A stretch of 64,000 nt of DNA from Eledone cirrhosa. Lineage: Eukaryota. Below the pieces are notes generated by a model. The model was given only the letters and a program-made list of their open reading frames with translations, did no database searches and was not told the origin of the DNA. Position 1 is the first letter of the stretch, and the number at the start of each line of letters is the position of its first letter. Made by a program: the position numbers and the translations under genes. The stretch covers positions 197,966,001 through 198,030,000 of the forward strand of contig OZ024742.1 in NCBI GenBank assembly GCA_964016885.1, in the 5' to 3' direction. Of this stretch, positions 14,207 through 25,256 are shown piece after piece.

Positions 14207-14943
14207 GTATTTATTTCTAGATATAAAAATACATATATGAGCATGTAAATATGAATGTAAGATTGAGTGTGTATATATGATTGTACATACATATGTATGT
14301 ATATGTATGTATATATATGTATTATATATGTACGTGTATGTGAATGTGTGGTGTATATATATGTGTAGGTATATGTATATATGTGTGCGTATGTGTATGC
14401 TTGTATATAGGAATATATATGTGTGTATATATGTATATATGTATATGCGTGTTTGCATGTATGTGTATATGGGTTCTGTATATATGTGTATGTCTCTCTA
14501 TTTATATGTTTATCTTCGTATCTATGTGATATATGTGTGTGTGTGTGCATGTATGCATATGTATGTGTTTGTGTGTGTTTATATGTGTGTGTGTATATAT
14601 ATGTATGTATTTGCGCACACTCACATACACACATATATATGTATATATATATATATATATATATGTGAGTGTGTATGCGAGTCTGTATGTGTGTGCGTGT
14701 GTATATATGTGTATATATATATATATATATATGTGTATGTATGTGTATGTGTGTGTATATAGATATATATGTATATGTTTATATATATATATATATATAT
14801 GTGTATATAGGTGTCTATGTGTGAATATATGTCTTTATTCGTATGTGTGTATTTATATATGTTTATATTTAGGTGTATGTATGTATGTGTATGTATGTAT
14901 GTATATGTATGTGTATGTATGTATATGTGTATATGTGTGTATA

Positions 14944-14980
<37 letters not shown>

Positions 14981-15072
14981 CTTTATTATTATTGTAATAT
15001 AACTTATGTGTATATGTGTATAAGTGAGGTTGTGTATGTATATATACTATGTGTATATATAAAGGTAATGAA

Positions 15073-15111
<39 letters not shown>

Positions 15112-15136
15112 CATGTCTGTATTTTATGTGTGTGTG

Positions 15137-15167
<31 letters not shown>

Positions 15168-15226
15168 ATATGTGTATGTATATATGCATATATGTGTACG
15201 TGTGTGTATGTTTATATATATACATA

Positions 15227-15265
<39 letters not shown>

Positions 15266-15375
15266 GGATGTTTGTATGTGTTTTCATGGTGGTATGAGTG
15301 TGGAATATATATGTTTATGTATAAGTATATGTATGTGTATATATATATATATGAGTCTATGTGTGTGTGTGTATA

Positions 15376-15422
<47 letters not shown>

Positions 15423-16193
15423 ATGTGTGTATGTGTTGCGCGTGTGTGTGTCCGTATTTTTATCTTTTTATATGTGTATGTGTATGTTCGTGTAAATATA
15501 TGTGTGTGTAGGACACTATAGGTATGTGTGTATCTATGTATGTGTAGATATCTCTATGTGCGCGTACATGTACGTATGTGTATGTATATCTGTATGCGTA
15601 TGTACATTATATTATGTAATATATTTTATTGTTTTTATTTTTTTATTTTTCATAATTTATAGATACATTTATATTAGGCTGTCTGGTCTGACAACCTAAT
15701 ACTGACCCCTCCCCCCCCCTCCCACCTAATTTCTGTATCTTGATCTTGAAATGTATGTATCAGTGTGTTTATGTGAGTGACTTAATTTCTATTTGCTTAT
15801 GATTTTATATCCACATATATAAATGTGAGTGGGGGGTGTGTGTGTGTTTGTGTGTTCGTGGTTATGTGTATATTTTTATATATATGCGCACATGTATGTG
15901 TGATTATACTGATATGTGTGAGTATGAAGAAAAAATATATTTATATGCTTGACTACATAAGTATCATTGCGTATCTTATCAGCGCATTAAGCTTACAGAG
16001 ATATTAACCTTGAAATTTTTTATTTGCATCCATCTTTTTAGTATGCACATACATATTATACACACATTATTGTAAAATGTGTGTGGGGTTTTACATGTAT
16101 ATACACACACCAAACTGCTTTTTAACCCTTTGTGTTTTCATTGGTCAATTTTGAACTGATATTTTGAATTGTTGTTATTATCAATAAATATAC

Positions 16194-16348
16194 TTCATTA
16201 TTTCTGAAGACGGCGTATATATGAGTTAGGTATGTATATTTAATCTTGATAATTTGTATAATTTTGTATAATTTTGTACATAGATCTGTTAAATATGCAT
16301 ACCAATTATAGCACATATATGCCCTAGAAACGATCGTTAAATAGTGAA
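16194..16348 (+). ncRNA. Type I hammerhead ribozyme with 116-nt stem II; predicted cleavage after GUU at 16338
   Basis: Stem I TTCATTATTT/AAATAGTGAA (10 bp); CTGAAGA 16204-16210; GAAA 16327-16330; palindromic stem III AACGATCGTT. Stem II includes GGCGTATAT/ATATATGCC and GGTATGTATATTTAA/TTAAATATGCATACC. Confidence 0.78.
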
Positions 16349-16529
16349 CTTTTTTTGTTTAATATAAGGAATTGTTTGTTCATTATTTATTTTATCTTGA
16401 CTCTGTATACCGTTTATCTTTCACCGAAATTGGATTTTCATTACATCTCTTCTTTCCATGATATCCGGAATACATTGAGTTCTTCATACGGATTGGACAC
16501 TACCGTAAACTCTTGGTAGATTTATCTAC

Positions 16530-16563
<34 letters not shown>

Positions 16564-16874
16564 GTGTATATATATATATATGTATATATATGTGTGTTTA
16601 TATATATGTATATATATATGTGTGTATATATATATGTATGTATATATGTATATATATATGTATATATATATATATGCATGTGTATATATGTATATATATA
16701 TGTATTTATATGTGTATATATATATATATGTATACATATATATGTATTTATATGTATATGTATATATATATGTATATGTATATATATATGTGTATATATG
16801 TATATATATATGTATATATATATATGTATATATATGTATATGTATATATATATGTGTATATATATATATGTATC

Positions 16875-16929
16875 TGTTAGAACACGAAAAGTGTGAAACA
16901 ACAGAATGTTCACTTTTCGTGTTCTAACA
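16875..16929. repeat. Perfect 19-bp inverted repeat with 17-nt loop, in a ~150-bp island inside (TA)n
   Basis: TGTTAGAACACGAAAAGTG ... CACTTTTCGTGTTCTAACA. Confidence 0.85.
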
Positions 16930-17023
16930 TATATGCCTAACATCTTCATAAATTTTTCGGGGATAGCCGTGGTGGTGGTGATCGTATGTCATTGGCTAAT
17001 TTTCAACCAATCAGAGTAAGTGT

Positions 17024-17069
<46 letters not shown>

Positions 17070-17521
17070 TATTCCCCCTCTCTCTATATATATCTTACGC
17101 TTTCGCTTTACACTCCTCCCCTTCAATAACACATTTCCCCCTCTCTATATATCTCTTCCACTGTTACTTACGCCTGTTTCTCTCTATCTGTTCCGTCTCT
17201 ATATATATATATATCTTACTCTTTCGCTTTGCACTCCTCCCCTTCAATACCATCTCTCCCCCTCTCTATATATTTGTTACTCTATCGCTGCACGCTCCTC
17301 TCCTTCAATATATCAATTACACACGCTTTACACTCCTTTATCCCCAGCGCCCCTATATATACACCCCCCCCCTCCCGCATCTATATTTTAATGTTCCGTT
17401 GCACCGTGAATATATGTGTCTATATATATATACATATATATTGTATATACACATTCATGTATGTGTATACACACTCATGTATGTATATACACTGGTTTTA
17501 TGTGTGTATTGTAAATTTGTA

Positions 17522-17629
17522 CTGTTAAAACACGAAACTAACATTCGATTGACACTTTGATTACCTGTACAGGCAATAGTTATTAGAATGCTGTTGAAGT
17601 GTGTATATATTTTTGGGGGACATCCTGTA
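17522..17629. mobile_element. Tc1/mariner-like terminal remnant
   Basis: Ends TTTTTGGGGGACATCCTG|TA, resembling a CAGG-type TIR plus TA target. Confidence 0.35.
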
Positions 17630-18396
17630 TATACACACATTATATATAATACAATAAACAGATAAATACACACATATATATATGAGCTTATTTAATTATA
17701 AATATTGTGAATTTTTAACTCAGTTCAATTATATATATAAATGGCTTCTACAGGACTAGAACTGTTTCATTCGAAAGAAATCATCATAATATTGAGAGGG
17801 GGGACTAGATAAAATATTTCAAATCAAATGTGTATAAGTTATAAGTTAAAATGTATAAATAGAGACGATAGTGGAGGTATATCTGTTTAGTGGAACAGTA
17901 GACGATAGAATTAAATACAGACGAGAATCTCCCTTTAATGAAACAGCAGACGATAGAATTAAGGCAATTTAAATTTTAAGCATTTGCATTTCATCGTTAC
18001 GGGGTCGATAAAATAAAGTACCAGTAATACACTGTCACTATAAGTAGACGACTTTCAAATTGAATTGTTGGTTCCATTTCTTTAGTATTTTCAATTGTAG
18101 TTATCTACTTAAAAAGCGTTACATGGTTAGAGACATAATTGGTAAGTTATATCTTCCCTATTAAACCATTGCATTATTTCGCCTACAATAGAACAAAAAT
18201 GAAATGTTCTTTAAAGAAACAGGAATATAACTTTATAAAAAAAAAAGTTGCATCCGCTTCTTTTATCATTGATAATTTTTTCGTTTTAATATTAATTGTT
18301 TTTTGTAGTTGTTTATATTAAAAATCTTACTGTAATATTTACTTAAACGAAGGCAGACATCTAAACTTATAGATTAATCTTGAGCGAAGGACTAGA

Positions 18397-18898
<502 letters not shown>

Positions 18899-19064
18899 CG
18901 TATGATTAGAACTGTGTTTATTATTAATATTTTAATGGATTTAATGAAAAATTTTAGGTGTTCATATATATATTCTAAAAATGCGCGAAATCGTGAATCC
19001 GCGATAGTTGAACCGCCAAGTAGCGAGGTATCACTGTATATATGTTTAAATATATAGTGTAGCT

Positions 19065-19529
19065 GTGATGTATCTCGCGAGTGAATCGAGACCTGTCACT
19101 GATTTTGGTGTCCCCACTGCCGATGTGAATGAGCAACGCTGCACTTGTGAATTGGGTCTTGATGTTGCAGGCAGTTCATATACTTACAATGATGCGGTCC
19201 CACAAGCTTGTTCACATTCCTGTGCTAATAATCTAGATGGGCGTATTAAATTGGATGTGAAAGCAGCTTACCGGATGCGGAATCGGGAGAAGTTGAGACA
19301 AAAACAGGCCGATTATAGAGCTGTGAATTTTGCTAAATTAACACAAAAACAGGCCAAGTATAGATGTTCAAAACGGTATGAGTTGGCAAACAAGCAGGCC
19401 AAGTATAGATCTGCAAATTCAGCTATTATATCTCAAAAGCAAGCCGAGCGTAGAGCTTCTAAACGTACCGAGTTGGCTAAAGAGCAGACCGAGTACAGAT
19501 CTGCAAATATCTTATTGCACAAACAATAA
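19065..19529 (+). pseudogene. Fragment encoding 15-aa basic helical repeats (KQA.YR..N...L), possibly a Helitron N-terminal remnant
   Basis: About six 45-nt repeats 19262-19510. The family guess is inference only. Confidence 0.3.
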
Positions 19530-19557
19530 TTCTGCACAAATGTTGCTCCATTATTTT

Positions 19558-19737
19558 GGCAGTATTGGTAGAGGGTCGGATGCCATGCTTTCCAGCATAG
19601 TTATGTCCCTTTACGATCTGAGTTCAAATCCTGCCGAGGTTGACTTTGCCTTTCATCCTTACGGGGTAGATAAAATAAAGTACCAGTAATGCACTGGGTA
19701 ATTGCTGGCCTTGTGCCTAAAGTAGAAACAATTATTA
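19558..19737 (+). mobile_element. tRNA-derived SINE with Deu/Nin-like core
   Basis: A-box-like TGGTAGAG, B-box GAGTTCAAATCC, core GCCTTTCATCCTTACGGGG.....AAAATAAAGTACCAG. More than 12 copies in the window. Confidence 0.75.
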
Positions 19738-19923
19738 GATCTAATGTTGCAACGATACAGTTAAATGTTGTCTGTGTATTTTAAAAAAGATTTGCTTATA
19801 ATCTTTTCAAATTTCATTACGCCAATGATTCAAGCTCAAATTGACATTATCTAAAAAATTGTACAAACAGCGGTGGATTAGCAGTAGTGAACAGATAAAT
19901 CAGTCAATTTATTAAGATTGACT

Positions 19924-20575
19924 TGGCATCAATCAGCAAGACCTTCATTAGCTGCTCTCCAGCCATCTATTTAAAGCTGTATACATCTATGGTACGAATA
20001 CACTTGGAGTTCGCGTCATCAGTCTGGAACCCCTATCTTGCTCAGAACATTGACCTCCTGGAAACTGTTCAGAGACATGCAACCAAGCGCATACCCTCCA
20101 TCAGACACCTACCATACCCTGAATATTTTGCTTCCCTCTGGCAATGGACTTGGTAAACACCCACAAAGTTATTAACCATCCGACCAACAACAACCCCTAA
20201 CACCTTTTTGATCTCCATGTGTCTAACACGTGGACATGCCTACAAAGTCAGAAAACAACACAGCTCCCATGACTTTAGGAAATATTTCTTCATGCTCAGA
20301 GTTGCTGAAGGATGGAACAAACTTCCTGCATCAGTTGTTAGCTGATGACACACTGCATCCTTTAAAACCATCATACATTCCGAAATACACCAAAACTACA
20401 CCTGATGTCCCCCTTCCATACACATGCACATATGTGTATATCATGACTCATGCACTGTTCTTTTTTCATGACGTTTTTATATTACCCTATGTATTATATA
20501 TGCACTTTTGATGAGTTGTAGTGCACCTCAGCATTGTACACAATATTTTCATTATTATTATCATTATTATTATTA
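19924..20575 (+). mobile_element. CR1/L2-type LINE 3' fragment with (ATT)n tail
   Basis: LYTSMVRIHLEFASSVWNPY...LETVQRHATK; F..RV...WNKLP; ATT repeat tail. Confidence 0.8.
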
Positions 20576-21043
20576 CACTCATTGATCCATTTTGCACTAA
20601 CTCTGCATCAAGCACCCTCACCTAAATATTAACCAATCAAGGATCCAATACAGCTATCTGTTGGATGAGTATTGTATAGTGCCAAAAACGAAACCAATCA
20701 GTTTAGCAGAAAATTTCCAGACAAGAAACACGCATATTTTGCTATCCTCAAACACGTTTACACATGGCATGAAATATAACTAATCCGAGATGGCTAGGTT
20801 TCATCTTCTAACTGGATATACGAAATCCATTATGTCTTGACAACAACATGAGGTAACATTATGTTATTCACAGACACACTTTGTACACTGTTCCATATCA
20901 GAATGTATTTCCTTCGTCACATTCACAAACAGTATTGAAAATATGTTCTTCGGCAAATAAAAATGTTTTGTTCATAATATTTCAACTAGCGATTGCTCTA
21001 CTCCACGCACGACCACCATAAATTAATGACCAGCTCAACACAA

Positions 21044-21215
21044 GTATTGGTAGAGCGTCAGACACCATGCTTTGCAGTATTGTTATGGTCCTTTGCATTC
21101 TAAGTTCAAATCCTGCCGAGGTTAACTTCGACTTTCATACTTACTAATTCGATAAAATAAAGTACCAGTAATGGACTGCCGTAATGGATTTGTGCCGAAA
21201 AATAGAAACACTATT
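21044..21215 (+). mobile_element. SINE copy (duplicated at 38404-38575)
   Basis: Same B-box and core. Confidence 0.65.
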
Positions 21216-21767
21216 AATGTGCAATAAGAGCAAAATATAACGACATTGCTCAATTATTTTATCTAATGTTGTAATAACACAAGGAAATGTTGTTTGTGTA
21301 TTTTTTTTTATATTTGCTCATAGGCTTTTACAATTTCGCTCAGCCAACAACTATTAAAAAGTGAGTTGCTTAAGATAACAATTTAATCACAAATTGTTGC
21401 TATCTTTTAATACACTCCAACAAGTCATCAAATTATGTACAATAAAAACAAATCTTATTAATTTGCTCAGGGAATATAAAGAAAATGTATATACACTGAT
21501 AATTGCAATTGTATGTAAATATTTTGTTTTTGTATTGTTTATTTTATGTTTTCTATTATGTATAATATATTGATTTAATATTGATTGTTTTTTGTAGTTG
21601 TTTATATTAAAAGTCTGAAAATATTTTTATACATCTTACACTAATATTTATAAGATAATTTATAATAACAATTACATAATCTAATTACATTACAACGATA
21701 ATTTATTATTAATATATATCCTCTTTAACTAGAGTTATTACAAGCGTTGCCTTAAAAAAATATTAAA

Positions 21768-22723
21768 CTAGACATGAAAAATGCGCAAGCTCAAAAGTGC
21801 CACAGAATGTTATAATAAACCTTCAAAAGTGTGGGACTAGAGTTGTTGCTAAAAAATATTGTAATCATTATATATCGTACATTCTGTGGCATCCTTTATA
21901 AAAATAGCTTAAACCAACGAAGCCTTTATTTTTACGCTATTTCACTTAGTTAATTCTTAGAGTGTAACATATAAAAATAAATACATCTATGTTTAATGTA
22001 ATAACAGCTATAAATAATTACGTAATATTATTATCATATACTCATAGTAACAAAATAATTGTGTTGAAAATTAATATGATGCTTATATGAACGATCAAAT
22101 CTATAATGATAATTTCTTAAATATACTAATAGTAAAATAATTTAGTTATCTATTGTTACATTTTCATAGAACTATAATATTAACAATCGTATTGCATTAT
22201 CAAATTTTTATCACTACAAACTTTCATATTGGAATTACCTTAAGCCACTTATTATTACTTCGCTTTCGTACTTTTACAGCTGTAGATATTGCGCTGTATC
22301 TTATATCTAATATCAATATCTCATGGTAATTTGCATGCAGTGTAAAATAGGTTTATTAATAACTTTAATATGAAATGTATTATACAGGGCTGCGGAGTCG
22401 GCCAAAAATTGACTGGCTCCAACTCAGGATCCGATATTCCCTTATTTCCTAAATTTCAGCTCCGCAGCTCTGTTATTATATTAATTAATTTATTTTATAG
22501 TTGTAAATCATATTTTTATATGTTACACTCTAAGAATTAACTAAGTGAAATAGCGTAAAAATAAAGGCTTCGTTGGTTTAAGCTATTTTTATAAAGGATG
22601 CCACAGTATGTACGATATATAATGATTACAATATTTTTTAGCAACAACTCTAGTCCCACACTTTTGAAGGTTTATTATAACATTCTGTGGCACTTTTGAG
22701 CTTGCGCATTTTTCATGTCTAGT
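21768..22723. mobile_element. Foldback/MITE-like element with ~210-bp inverted arms ending ACTAG..CTAGT (second copy 39128-40082)
   Basis: 21768-21978 is the reverse complement of ~22513-22723. Confidence 0.7.
22385..22472. mobile_element. 88-bp hAT-type MITE nested in the foldback
   Basis: TIR CAGGGCTGCGGAG/CTCCGCAGCTCTG; 8-bp TSD gtattata/ttattata (7/8 match). Confidence 0.65.
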
Positions 22724-22972
22724 ATATATATATAAATGTAAGTATGCATGTATACGTACATACATATATGTATACAGACGTACAGTAGCATGCACATATA
22801 TATATATACATATATACATACATATGCATACAGGTACACATACATATATGCACGTATCAGTTTAGCGGCGCTAACGTCGCTTTGTTCGTTTGTAAACAAA
22901 CTGAACAGCCTGAATTTATGCCATACGGTGTTAAGGCAACCACGTCACCTTTTTGTTCAACACTGACACAGG

Positions 22973-23017
22973 AACGATGTACTAGTTTCAAGCTTGTTAG
23001 CTATCATCAGCACCGTT
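22973..23017 (-). ncRNA. Minimal type I hammerhead ribozyme (family A)
   Basis: Reverse complement of 23382-23426. Confidence 0.88.
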
Positions 23018-23297
23018 TACCCATCTGCCAGATAGTTGAACGTTCGAAAGTATATACTTTCCTTATGAAAATTAACGGCTGAGCAGCCTAATTTGCATAT
23101 TGAGTGAGTTAAATCGGTCAGGCATACCGAAAACGATAAATTGAAACAAAATGAAAACGAAATTTCATTTCTCACTCTTAGTATGGCACTTACTTAAATG
23201 TAAGTATGCATGTATACGTACATACATATATGTATACAGACGTTTCATTTTGTTTCAATTTATCGTTTTCGGTATGCCTGACCGATTTAACTCACTC

Positions 23298-23374
23298 AAT
23301 ATGCAAATTAGGCTGCTCAGCCGTTAATTTTCATAAGGAAAGTATATACTTTCGAACGTTCAACTATCTGGCAG
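23298..23374 (+). promoter_or_regulatory. Putative snRNA-type promoter cassette (octamer, PSE-like, TATA-like) upstream of family A HHR
   Basis: ATGCAAAT 23301-23308, TATATA 23343-23348, TGGCAG 26 nt later. A homologous block with the same spacing is at 46840-46917. Confidence 0.45.
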
Positions 23375-23381
23375 ATGGGTA

Positions 23382-23426
23382 AACGGTGCTGATGATAGCT
23401 AACAAGCTTGAAACTAGTACATCGTT
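23382..23426 (+). ncRNA. Minimal type I hammerhead ribozyme (family A); cleavage after GUA 23419
   Basis: AACGGTG-CTGATGA-T-AGCT-aaca-AGCT-T-GAAA-CTAG-TA-CATCGTT; 7-bp stem I, palindromic stem III ACTAGT. Confidence 0.9.
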
Positions 23427-23968
23427 CCTGTGTCAGTGTTGAACAAAAAGGTGACGTGGTTGCCTTAACACCGTATGGCATAAATTCAGGCTGTTCAGTT
23501 TGTTTACAAACGAACAAAGCGACGTTAGCGCCGCTAAACTGATACGTGCATATATGTATGTGTACCTGTATGCATATGTATGTATATATGTATATATATA
23601 TATATATGTGCATGCTACTGTACGTCTGTATACATATATGTATGTACGTATACATGCATACTTACATTTAAGTAAGTGCCATACTAAGAGTGAGAAATGA
23701 AATTTCGTTTTCATTTTGTTTCAATTTATATATATATATGTATATATATATGTATATATATATATATGTATACATATATATGTATTTATATGTGTATATA
23801 TATATGTATATAAATATGTATATATATATATGTATATATATATGTATATATATATGTATGTATATGTATATATATGTGTATATATATGTATATGTATATA
23901 TATGTATATGTATATATATATGTATATGTATATATATTTATGTATATATATGTGTATATATATATATG

Positions 23969-24015
<47 letters not shown>

Positions 24016-24246
24016 GTATATATATATATATGTATATTTATATATGTATATATATATGTATATATATGTATATATATATATGTATATATATATGTGTATA
24101 TATGTATGTATTAGAATTGGAGCTCTGAAATAGCAATATATATATGGATGTATATATAATGTATTTTGCAATACACTTTATGCTTAATTAAAAGCATTTT
24201 GAAGACCGTAAGCTATTGTTTTAAAGTAGTGACAAATTCACTCACT

Positions 24247-24343
24247 TTGATCTCAGCAAACAGGGGAGATAAGCCGAAATTTCATGTTTCGCTTTTGTTG
24301 AAGCTTATCAAGGCCAACTACCCCGCCTGTCTACTGAGATCAA
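24247..24343 (-). ncRNA. Hammerhead variant (U3-A8 core UUGAUAA) on long rod; cleavage triplet mutated in this copy
   Basis: Minus strand reads GGGGTAGTTGGCC-TTGATAA-GCTT-caacaa-AAGC-GAAA-CATG-AAATTTCGGC. Confidence 0.55.
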
Positions 24344-24702
24344 TGATGTTATATTCTTATAGAAATCTAGTAAATAATCAGGATCTGATTATGCAGAGCG
24401 GTTGTTGGTCAGGCAGAAATTAAAAATTAGAATTGGAGCTCTGAAATAGCAATATATATATGGATGTATATATAATGTATTTTGCAATACACTTTATGCT
24501 TAATTAAAAGCATTTTGAAGCCGTAAGCTATTGTTTTAAAGTAGTGACAAATTCACTCACTTTGATCTCAGCAAACAGGGGAGATAAGCCGACATGACAT
24601 TTCAGAGCTCCAATTCTAATTTTTAATTTCTGCCTGACCAACAACCGCTCTGCATAATCAGCTCCTGATTATTTACTAGATTTCTATAAGAATATAACAT
24701 CA

Positions 24703-24799
24703 TTGATCTCAGTAGACAGGCGGGGTAGTTGGTCTTGATAGGCTTCAACAAAAGCGAAACATGTCATGTCGGCTTATCTCCCCTGTTTGCTGAGATCAA
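24703..24799 (+). ncRNA. Hammerhead variant (family B) with ~30-bp extended stem I; GUC at 24763-24765
   Basis: TTGATAG-GCTT-caacaa-AAGC-GAAA-CATG-TC; palindromic stem III ACATGT; rod TTGATCTCAGTAGACAGG/CCTGTTTGCTGAGATCAA. Confidence 0.62.
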
Positions 24800-24935
24800 A
24801 GTGAGTGAATTTGTCACTACTTTAAAACAATAGCTTACGGTCTTCAAAATGCTTTTAATTAAGCATAAAGTGTATTGCAAAATACATTATATATACATCC
24901 ATATATATGTATATATATATATATGTATATATATG

Positions 24936-25004
<69 letters not shown>

Positions 25005-25256
25005 GTATATATATATATATGTATATATATGTATATATATGTATATATATGTATATATATGTATATATATATGTATATATACATGTATATATATGTATAT
25101 ATATGTGTATATATATATGTATATATATGTGTATATGTATATATATATATGTATATATATGTGTATATGTGTATATGTATATATATATATGTATATATAT
25201 GTGTATATGTATATATATATATGTATATATATATATGTATATATATGTGTATATGT

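Larger units (their letters stand above)
20021..22733 (+). repeat. 2.7-kb local duplication, copy 1 (copy 2 at 37381-40092)
   Basis: Near-identical sequence at offset 17360/17359 with only a few substitutions. Confidence 0.95.
22733..23729. mobile_element. Retrozyme-like family A: head-to-head pair of circularly permuted 462-466 nt monomers
   Basis: Minus arm 22733-23243 (TAAATGTAAG at 22733 and 23195). Plus arm 23243-23729 (TTTCATTTTGTTTCAATTTAT at 23243 and 23709). One HHR per arm; both 3' ends in (TA)n. Confidence 0.82.
24110..24908. mobile_element. Retrozyme-like family B: 316-nt unit, 1.55 units on minus head-to-head with ~1 unit on plus
   Basis: TTAGAATTGGAGCTC at 24111 and 24427; inversion junction ~24600; (TA)n on both sides. 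Confidence 0.78.

Noticed and set aside
17750-17795. Hammerhead-like TGATGA-TTTC-tttc-GAAT-GAAA on minus
   Set aside because: C3 is missing and stem I does not pair; at most a decayed remnant.
19558-19737. tRNA gene
   Set aside because: A B-box is present but there is no cloverleaf; it is a multi-copy SINE head.
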